From the NCBI GenBank assembly GCA_964551375.1, contig CAZKBG010000001.1:715229-747228 (forward strand): a stretch of DNA of 32,000 nucleotides. The letters are read 5' to 3'. Made by a program: the position numbers and the translations under genes. Position 1 is the stretch's first letter, and every line of letters begins with the position of its first letter. The DNA comes from an uncultured archaeon. GTDB taxonomy: Archaea > Iainarchaeota > Iainarchaeia > Iainarchaeales > JAAZKV01. Below, one piece after another: positions 24,984 through 32,000 of the stretch. The notes beneath the pieces were generated by a model. It made no database searches. It was not told the origin of the DNA and worked only from the letters and a program-made list of their open reading frames with translations.

Positions 24984-25068
24984 GAAAAAGAATTGGTTAG
25001 ATGTTAATAAAAAAGCTGTTATTTGAAGATATTCCTTTTAAAAAAATAGAAAATGAAGAACTTAGCAG

Positions 25069-26271
25069 TTATGCCAAGTACTTCATCATTATTTTAACAA
25101 GTCCAGGTCTCTGGATTAATTTCTTTGTGAAGAGAATCATTTTTTGCGTTTTAGATAGAGTTCCATTTCCAATGTTTAATGCTTCATCCATTGAAATGCT
25201 GTGGCCAAGGTAGTTGAAGTCGTCATCTGACAAGTTTTCAAGCAAGTGCCTTGACTTAAGTCTTCTCTTCAGTTCATCTCCTCTTAGAGTGAACCATTCT
25301 TTTGAGTAAGGAGCAAGCGTTTTCATAGTGAAATCATTTGCCTTAATTGCGCGAAGAGCAACTTGCCCAGCAAGTCTTCCGCCTTCCATTGCAATTCCTA
25401 TTCCCCCGCCGTGAATCGGGTCAACCATGTGCCCAGCGTCTCCTGCAACAAGCAAATTATCAGCAGCCATAGTGTCAAGGAATCCGCCAACAGGAATTCC
25501 GCCGCCGTTAACTTCAATAATTGAGCCGTCTTTTAATTTTGGCTGGGATTTAATCCACTTATCAAGATAATACTTCGCAGTCTTGTCCTCATAAGCTCCG
25601 ATTCCAATTCCAACATTTGCTGTTCCGTCTCTTTTTGGGAAAATCCAAACATATCCTCTTGGAGCAACGTCAGTTCCAAAGTACAAGTGAAGCAAGTTCT
25701 CATCGTATCCGCTGATTCCAGTCATTTCATACTGGTATCCCGAATCAGTGTCGTTAAGACTGTTCTTTGTATTAAGCCCAAGCATTCTTGCAACAAGAGA
25801 ATCAATTCCATCGCATGCAATAACCATTTTTGCCTTGAAAATCTGGATTTCATTATCCACTTCAACCTTTAATTCAACTATTCCGTTTTTTCTTTCAGCA
25901 GCAACGATTTGGTGCTTTAGTAAAATTTTTGCGCCTTCCTTAACCGCGGCAATTGCAAGATGTTTTTCCATTACTTTCCTTTCAAGAATATATCCTTGAG
26001 GCTCCTTAGTTTTTGAAAACACCTGTGTTCCGTCAGGGCTGTAAAGTGCAGCTCCGTGAATTGGCTGAATAGCATAAGCAGGGTCAACTTTTAAGTTAAG
26101 AACTTTAAACCATCTAAGGCTTAGTCCTTCAGCGCATCTTTTTGGGCAGCCGATTTCCTGTTTTCTATCAAGAATCAAAACTTTTGCTTTTCCTTTAGCA
26201 AGCTCGGTTCCAGCGTATAATCCAGCAGGACCCGCTCCAGCAACAATAACATCATAAATAGTCTCAGCCAT
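25069..26271 (-). CDS. Geranylgeranyl reductase family FAD-dependent oxidoreductase (archaeal lipid saturation)
   Basis: YDVIVAGAGPAGLYAGTELAKGKAKVLILDRKQEIGCPKRCAEGLS, GYVWIFPKRDGTANVGIG, LLVAGDAGHMVDPIHGGGIGIAMEGG. Confidence 0.93.
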   Translation of the reverse strand: MAETIYDVIVAGAGPAGLYAGTELAKGKAKVLILDRKQEIGCPKRCAEGLSLRWFKVLNLKVDPAYAIQPIHGAALYSPDGTQVFSKTKEPQGYILERKVMEKHLAIAAVKEGAKILLKHQIVAAERKNGIVELKVEVDNEIQIFKAKMVIACDGIDSLVARMLGLNTKNSLNDTDSGYQYEMTGISGYDENLLHLYFGTDVAPRGYVWIFPKRDGTANVGIGIGAYEDKTAKYYLDKWIKSQPKLKDGSIIEVNGGGIPVGGFLDTMAADNLLVAGDAGHMVDPIHGGGIGIAMEGGRLAGQVALRAIKANDFTMKTLAPYSKEWFTLRGDELKRRLKSRHLLENLSDDDFNYLGHSISMDEALNIGNGTLSKTQKMILFTKKLIQRPGLVKIMMKYLA

Positions 26272-26284
26272 AAACAGTCCACCT

Positions 26285-26464
26285 TCACTTCTTCTCCAAA
26301 GTCATTGCAGCAACAGGGCAGATTTTAACACATGCTCCGCAAGAAATGCATTTCTTTTCGTCTACTATGATTCTTGTGTCCTTTAGTACAAGCGCTTCCA
26401 CAGGGCAAACCCCTACGCAAGCTCCGCAATAAATACACTTATTCGCATTGTTTTTAACGACCAT
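26285..26464 (-). CDS. 2x[4Fe-4S] ferredoxin
   Basis: CIYCGACVGVCPVEAL ... CISCGACVKICPVAAM; start trimmed from 26551 to MVVKNNANK, avoiding overlap with the divergent pilin gene. Confidence 0.9.
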   Translation of the reverse strand: MVVKNNANKCIYCGACVGVCPVEALVLKDTRIIVDEKKCISCGACVKICPVAAMTLEKK

Positions 26465-26524
26465 AAAACCACTCAGCAAATACTGGGGGATAAGGTTTTT
26501 AATCCCAAAAGCTATGGCTTTATC

Positions 26525-27883
26525 ATGCAATATAAATACAGTCGTGCCCAAGGGACAATTGAATATTTAGTGATAATTGCAATAGTAATTGTAATAGCAC
26601 TTGTGGTTGTAGGCTTAATGACTGGCATTATGGGTGATTCTGCCGGCCAGATAACTGACAATTTCGGGTACTTGAAGACACCCTCTTCAGGGCTGATTAT
26701 TAGCGAATCAGTAGTAGATCAGGCGGGCGAAGGAGTTATTAGAATGAGTAATCATTCAGGCGAATCAATTACAATAAATAAAATCACTACTCCCACTTCG
26801 TCAAGAACGTATAATGAACCTTTTGCTTCAAGCGATTCAAAAATATTTAATATGTCAAATTTAAATTTAAGCTGCCCGTGCGCTGCAGGAGAACGAAAAA
26901 AAATTTGCAATTTTACGCTTGAATACACTACAGGCAGCGGATTAGCGAAAACAGAAACTATTCAAATTACCACTGAGTGCATTACAAACTTAACTCCCTC
27001 AAATCCAGAAAGCGTAATTTATGGAGTGGGAACTGGAACCGCAATTGATCCATGGGTAGTAAAAACCATAGCACAACTTCAAGACATTAACAGCCATTTA
27101 GACGGAAATTTTGTTCTTGTAAATAATATTGATTTATCAGACTCAATTAATTGGGAATACCCAACATACACCGGATTTACTCCTATTGGCGGAGGAGGGG
27201 CAACAGAGTGCGGAGACAATCTTTATTTCACAGGAACTTTTGACGGAGGGGGAAATACAATAAGCGGACTCTACATAGATGGTTACAATTGCAATACCGC
27301 ATTATTTAGTTATCTTGGCGCTGCTGGAATAATAAAAAATCTTCACCTCACCGGAGTAAATATTTCAAATATTGATTCGACTGTCGCAGGAATTGCAGGG
27401 TACAGCGACGGAACAATAGAAAATGTTTCAGTTCAAGGAACATTTAGCGGAGGAGCTGGGGGCGCAATTGTCGGAGTAAATTACGGGACAGTTTCAAAAG
27501 CAAGCGCGAATGCAACAATAAATGTTACTGAATGGGGCGGGGGAATTGCAGGGGACAATCAAGGAACAATTTCTAATTCTTATGCTATGGGAACAATTAC
27601 TGCTTCTCCATGCGGGGGAATTGCTGCAAATTCTTACATTACTATAAATTCATACTCAACAGCTCGAATACTTAACTGCACAAACTATTACGGCGGATTA
27701 ATGGGCGCAATGACTGGGACTGTGACAAGTTCTTACTGGGATACAGAAACCTCACAAGAAGCCACAAGCGCAGGCGGAGTGGGAAAAACAACCGCTCAAA
27801 TGCAGCAACAATCAACTTACAGTGGATGGGATTTTACTAATATTTGGAACGCGCCAAGTTCAAGCTACCCAACACTAAAATAA
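26525..27883 (+). CDS. Class III signal-peptide (type IV pilin-like) protein with GLUG-like adhesin repeats
   Basis: RAQGTIEYLVIIAIVIVIALVVVGLM (archaeal class III signal peptide) followed by FTGTFDGGGNTISGLYI, GTIENVSVQGTFSG..GGAIVG, GTISNSYAMGTI..., SSYWDTETSQ. Confidence 0.85.
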   Translation: MQYKYSRAQGTIEYLVIIAIVIVIALVVVGLMTGIMGDSAGQITDNFGYLKTPSSGLIISESVVDQAGEGVIRMSNHSGESITINKITTPTSSRTYNEPFASSDSKIFNMSNLNLSCPCAAGERKKICNFTLEYTTGSGLAKTETIQITTECITNLTPSNPESVIYGVGTGTAIDPWVVKTIAQLQDINSHLDGNFVLVNNIDLSDSINWEYPTYTGFTPIGGGGATECGDNLYFTGTFDGGGNTISGLYIDGYNCNTALFSYLGAAGIIKNLHLTGVNISNIDSTVAGIAGYSDGTIENVSVQGTFSGGAGGAIVGVNYGTVSKASANATINVTEWGGGIAGDNQGTISNSYAMGTITASPCGGIAANSYITINSYSTARILNCTNYYGGLMGAMTGTVTSSYWDTETSQEATSAGGVGKTTAQMQQQSTYSGWDFTNIWNAPSSSYPTLK

Positions 27884-27969
27884 GATTATTATTTTTTTTA
27901 ACTAATTTTGCGTTTCTTTTTTTTAGTTAAATTATTTTTTTAATTAGTTGTTTTTCTTGAACAGGTTAG

Positions 27970-28554
27970 TTATTCAAGGAACTGCTCATACTTCTGCGAA
28001 TTAAACCTGTAAAGAAATCTCTTAATCTTCTGGCTTTGGAAAGAATATTTCTTTATGACATCCGTTTTTACGCCCCTAAATTCAGTGAATTTCATTTCCT
28101 GCGCAGGGTCAAGGATAACAAAATCTCCTTTTATTTCAGTGACAACAAAAGCATGCGTTTTGAGATTATCAAGCTCCGCGATAATAACTTCTGCCCGATC
28201 ATCCCCGAGCGCTTTCATCATTGCGCAAAGAAAAACCGCCAAATCCTCGTCATCAGCAACTTTAACTTCAAGAATTTCTCTTGGCGCAAGCCAGTAATTA
28301 ACATTCAAATCAACATCAACAAAGCTAACTTCTTTTGCAGTGAAGTCAAAAACCTGCTTTAATGAATTTTCATAATCGCTTTCAAAAGAATAAGCTGAAT
28401 CCTTAAAATCAGCGACAAACGATTGCACAGTTAAATCATTGCCGTCAACAAGCGCCTTAATTTCCCCAATAGTTCTCTTCTCGCGTTCGTTGATTATGTC
28501 AGCGTATTTGCTTAAGAGGTATTTGCACAGCTTAATTTCATTCTCGCTAGTCAT
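27970..28554 (-). CDS. Transglutaminase-like-fold protein, apparently without the catalytic Cys
   Basis: KVADDEDLAVFLCAMMKAL aligned by eye to [GD]C[DE]DxAxLLxALLRAxG, with LKTHAFVVTEIKGDFVILDPAQ as the His/Asp part. Confidence 0.6.
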   Translation of the reverse strand: MTSENEIKLCKYLLSKYADIINEREKRTIGEIKALVDGNDLTVQSFVADFKDSAYSFESDYENSLKQVFDFTAKEVSFVDVDLNVNYWLAPREILEVKVADDEDLAVFLCAMMKALGDDRAEVIIAELDNLKTHAFVVTEIKGDFVILDPAQEMKFTEFRGVKTDVIKKYSFQSQKIKRFLYRFNSQKYEQFLE

Positions 28555-28660
28555 ATCTATACATAAATCCAGCTAAAAATCTTTAAAAAACCGCTTTTTT
28601 TGGCATTTTAATGAGGTTAATAGCTGTTTTGAGCGGGTTTAACAAGCTCAAAAAGGGGTT

Positions 28661-29989
28661 TTACCATGTTTCTTCTTCAAGAATAACTGTTTTCTTCAGC
28701 ACTTTTTCAGAGAAAATCTTAATCTTGTTCAAGTCATTTTCAATTTCAGCCTTAATTGCCGATTCCTTTTTTTCAATAGTCTCAATATTATCCTTAATTT
28801 CATCAATTTCTTTTCCAATCTCGCTTAATTTGCCTTCTTCAACACTTAACTTCTTTTTCGCCTCGTTTTTTTCAATCAATTTATTCATTTCAATTTGCTT
28901 TCTCTGAATCTCATTCATCTTCCAAAACACAGAGCCGAAGAAATCAAAATTAATTATTTCCTGAAGAGCCAAAAGCCTTTTTTCTTTTTCCCTTTCCTTA
29001 AGCTCAATAGCCCCTTCTTCAATTGCCTTAATTATTTCCACAAGAACTTTTTTGAAAATATCCGCTTTAGGGTCTTTTTTTAACGCAGCCATCGGATTAG
29101 TCACAAACAAATTAAGCATTTCCTTTTCTTCAGTCGGAATTTTCCATCTTCCTGAATCAACAAGCTGCTTAAACCTCTGAAGAGGCCTGTCAATATTTAA
29201 TAAAAGCGCGCTGATTTCAGTTTTAAGATCCTGTTTCTGGCTCATAAGCGCAGTCATTTCCTCTTCAAGCTTAGAATAAGCGCCCATCTCTTCCCCTGAT
29301 TTAAAACCGCCAACTTTATTTTCCTGCCCCACAGCGTTTGCCTCTTTGCCGCTCAACTCTTCATTAAATCTTTTTTTATCTTCCATGAGCTTATTAAATT
29401 CTTTTTTCTTTCTAAGCACAACTCCAACGCTTTCTTTTGTTTTTTCAAAATCAAAAAGCTCTCCTGATTTTTTATAAGCCTCGTTTAATTCATGCAGGGA
29501 ATTAAGCATCTCCTGCAAGGATTCTCCAAGCCCCTTCATTTCATCTTTAAAATAAAAACTTGTGTAAGCAATATTTTTTCTAAATGAAACAAGTTCAGTC
29601 GCAAGAAGAGAATAACTCTCTCCGCAGTAATGCCTTGCATCAGCAAGCGTTTTTCCCCTGTCAAGAGGATTGACTTTTTGCAAAAGTTTTCTAAGCTGGG
29701 TGACAATCTGATTTTTAGCAGTAAGCGCGGCTTTATTCAATCTCTCATTAGGCTTTCCTTCAAGCTCTTTTGAATCAATATCGTTAACAATTCCAACCGC
29801 CCTGCTATGAACATACTTTAATTCAGAAAGTTTTTTCGCAGTCAATTCCTCAAGCTCTTCTTTTTGAAGCAAAAAACTTTTTTCAATAAGCATAGGGATA
29901 TTTTCAACAGAAGTTCTAATCACAGGAGTCTCTTTTTTAAAAGCGCCCGTAAAAAGCGAAATGAGTTTAGCAAAGAAACTAAAAACCAT
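28661..29989 (-). CDS. Coiled-coil protein (442 aa), unknown function
   Basis: Long Lys/Glu/Leu-rich helical ORF (EEKMTALMSQKQDLKTEISALL-type heptads, EKKESAIKAEIENDLNKIKIFSEK). Confidence 0.7.
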   Translation of the reverse strand: MVFSFFAKLISLFTGAFKKETPVIRTSVENIPMLIEKSFLLQKEELEELTAKKLSELKYVHSRAVGIVNDIDSKELEGKPNERLNKAALTAKNQIVTQLRKLLQKVNPLDRGKTLADARHYCGESYSLLATELVSFRKNIAYTSFYFKDEMKGLGESLQEMLNSLHELNEAYKKSGELFDFEKTKESVGVVLRKKKEFNKLMEDKKRFNEELSGKEANAVGQENKVGGFKSGEEMGAYSKLEEEMTALMSQKQDLKTEISALLLNIDRPLQRFKQLVDSGRWKIPTEEKEMLNLFVTNPMAALKKDPKADIFKKVLVEIIKAIEEGAIELKEREKEKRLLALQEIINFDFFGSVFWKMNEIQRKQIEMNKLIEKNEAKKKLSVEEGKLSEIGKEIDEIKDNIETIEKKESAIKAEIENDLNKIKIFSEKVLKKTVILEEETW

Positions 29990-30036
29990 GCACTAAATGG
30001 AGATTAAACGTTTTAATACTCTTGCTTTAGAAAAAA

Positions 30037-30429
30037 TCAGCTTCCAAAATACTGGCTTGAAGAAGGGTAGAAGCACTTTGGAACACAAACTGCAATGCAC
30101 ATTGTGCTTGAGCCTGAAGCTTTATCAAAATAATAAGGAATTAAATCAGAAAACCCAATGCTCTTAATCGGGCGCTTTGAGCAGGCAGAAGTGCAGGGCT
30201 CAAAACAACCTTCTTGCGAAATACATTTAGAATATATTGCATTAGTATTAGGGTCGGCATTTGAATCAGGAATAAATTTTTCATTCTGCATGCATCCGGC
30301 ATATACTGAATTATAATAATTGTAATAATCTTTTTCAAGGGAAAAATTTGTTGAATAAAATCCCGCAGCATAAATAACAGCAATTATTACAATTGCAACA
30401 AAAAGAATTCCAATTATTTTGCCATTCAT
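30037..30429 (-). CDS. Small membrane-anchored Cys-rich secreted protein
   Basis: MNGKIIGILFVAIVIIAVIYAAGF TM segment then 8 Cys residues (CMQNE..CISQEGCFEPCTSAC..CIAVCVPKC); start trimmed from 30486. Confidence 0.65.
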   Translation of the reverse strand: MNGKIIGILFVAIVIIAVIYAAGFYSTNFSLEKDYYNYYNSVYAGCMQNEKFIPDSNADPNTNAIYSKCISQEGCFEPCTSACSKRPIKSIGFSDLIPYYFDKASGSSTMCIAVCVPKCFYPSSSQYFGS

Positions 30430-30517
30430 AGTTAATACACCCAGTTCAAATATATTAATCTTGGTTTTTCTTCCGGCAGGACGCATAAAGAAGCTTTAAA
30501 TTATACGCTTAGGGAAG

Positions 30518-31975
30518 ATGTTTATGCACCACGAAGAAGTACACACAAAAAGGGATGAAACCGCTTTTTTCAAACTGCTTGATGAGATGGCAATAGAGGT
30601 AAAAAAAAGAGACGACTTTGTAGTAATCTTCCACCACGACGCCGACGGATGCGCAAGCGGAGCAATAGCAATCAAGGCGCTTGAAAGAGAGGGGAAAAAA
30701 GTTGAAAGAAAATGCCTAAAACAGCTTTATAGAGAAAATATTCCTGAAATCAAAGCCCTTGGAAAAAATTATTTGTTCGTTGATTTTGGAAGCGGACAGA
30801 TGGATTATTTAATGGAAGAATTCGGCGAAAACTTTTTTGTACTTGACCATCATCAGTCAATTTTAATAAACGGAGAACTGCCAAAACACAAGTGGCACGC
30901 TAACCCCCTGCTTTTTGGAATAAACGGAGGCACGGAAATATCAGGCGCAGGAACAACATTCTTTTTTGCCCTTGCGTTAAATAAAAAAAATGCAGACCAG
31001 AGCGTTCTTGGAATAGTCGGGGCGCTTGGAGACATGCAGGATTTTAATTACGACGCAGCTCTTGTCGGAATGAATAGAAAAATAATTGAAATTGCAGTAA
31101 AAGAAAAGCTTCTTGATGTAAAAAAAGATATCCGGTTATACGGCAGAATTTCCCGCCCTCTTGTTTCGTTTTTAATGTTCTCATCAAACCCAATCCTTCC
31201 AAATCTAACAGCGAACGCAGACAACTGCAAAGCATTGCTTAATGATTTAGGAATTCCACTAAAAGATCCTTTTACAGAACAATATCTTTCTTATGAAGAT
31301 TTGGATATTGAACAAAAACGCGCGCTCACAAGCGCGTTGATAATTAATTTAGTAGAAAACAATATGCCTGAATGGAAAGTAAAAGAACTTGTGGGCGAAG
31401 TTTACACTCTCTTAAAAGAAAATCCAAAAAGCCCGCTGCGCGACGGAAAAGAATTTGCAACAATGCTAAATGCATGCGGGCGAAACAAACACCCCGAAAT
31501 CGCATTAAGCGTGTGCCTTGGCGACAGGGTAGAAGATTATTCAAAAGCAATTGCGCTCATGGATGCGCACAGAGATAACTTGCGCAGAGGAATAGAATAC
31601 GTTCAACAGCACGGAATTGACGAGCGAAAATCATTTTACTTTATAGACGCAGGAACAAATATTGACGAATCAATAATTGGAATAATTGCAGGAATGCTTT
31701 ACGGCTCGGTTATTTCTGAAACAAAACCAATTGTGGCTCTTGCAAGAAACAATGACGGGACGGTAAAACTTTCAGGAAGAGGAACAAGCGATTTAGTTAG
31801 AAGAGGATTAAATTTAGGCGGAGCGCTAAAAGAACTTTCAAAAGAAATTGAAGGAGTGGAAGGGGGCGGGCACAAAGTCGCAGCCGGAGCAAAAGTCCCC
31901 GCTGAAAAACTTGATGAATTTTTGAACAAACTTGAAGAAGTTCTTTTTTTACAGCTTCAAAAAGGATATTTTTAA
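30518..31975 (+). CDS. DHH/DHHA1-family phosphoesterase, archaeal RecJ-like nuclease
   Basis: VVIFHHDADGCASGAI, YLFVDFGSGQ, FVLDHHQS, GIVGALGDMQDF, C-terminal EGGGHKVAAGAKVP (DHHA1). Confidence 0.9.
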   Translation: MFMHHEEVHTKRDETAFFKLLDEMAIEVKKRDDFVVIFHHDADGCASGAIAIKALEREGKKVERKCLKQLYRENIPEIKALGKNYLFVDFGSGQMDYLMEEFGENFFVLDHHQSILINGELPKHKWHANPLLFGINGGTEISGAGTTFFFALALNKKNADQSVLGIVGALGDMQDFNYDAALVGMNRKIIEIAVKEKLLDVKKDIRLYGRISRPLVSFLMFSSNPILPNLTANADNCKALLNDLGIPLKDPFTEQYLSYEDLDIEQKRALTSALIINLVENNMPEWKVKELVGEVYTLLKENPKSPLRDGKEFATMLNACGRNKHPEIALSVCLGDRVEDYSKAIALMDAHRDNLRRGIEYVQQHGIDERKSFYFIDAGTNIDESIIGIIAGMLYGSVISETKPIVALARNNDGTVKLSGRGTSDLVRRGLNLGGALKELSKEIEGVEGGGHKVAAGAKVPAEKLDEFLNKLEEVLFLQLQKGYF

Positions 31976-32000
31976 ATTAAAAATATAATAACTGCTAAAA

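Noticed and set aside
25001-25213. 70-aa plus-strand ORF near the end of the geranylgeranyl reductase gene
   Set aside because: Mostly antisense to the conserved reductase C-terminus.
27953-27963. Sixth copy of the TGTCCAAGAAA motif (TTTCTTGAACA)
   Set aside because: One mismatch in 11 nt within T-rich sequence; too weak to count without a genome-wide background.
30853-31929. Several 60-76-aa minus-strand ORFs within the DHH gene
   Set aside because: Shadow ORFs inside a well-supported RecJ/DHH coding sequence.

Overview
The window looks like a chromosomal segment of a small-genome archaeon, probably DPANN-like. Evidence: an SRP (7S) RNA, archaeal housekeeping genes (Trm56, TFE-alpha, XerA, a geranylgeranyl reductase with a ferredoxin, AK6/Fap7-like kinase, KaiC-like ATPase, RecJ/DHH nuclease), four tRNAs (Phe-GAA, Lys-CTT, Lys-TTT, initiator Met-CAT), a class III signal-peptide pilin/GLUG adhesin and several large surface proteins. 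There is no CRISPR array, transposon or obvious defence island. The most interesting points are: (1) a full-length RelA/SpoT-type protein (degenerate HD, apparently intact synthetase, TGS, Cys-motif and ACT regions) divergent from a small protein resembling a ribosome-hibernation factor; (2) a bacterial-type tRNA-guanine transglycosylase; (3) a dispersed intergenic motif TGTCCAAGAAATAGAGTTAA (two exact 20-nt copies plus three diverged ones); (4) a cluster of GTAATTAC / ATTAC-GTAAT sites around a small winged-helix-like gene, with an 11-nt version also at a tRNA-Lys promoter; (5) an NFACT/RqcH-like protein without its C-terminal domain; and (6) a transglutaminase-fold protein that has apparently lost its catalytic Cys. 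All family calls come from motif recognition by eye; no searches were run.
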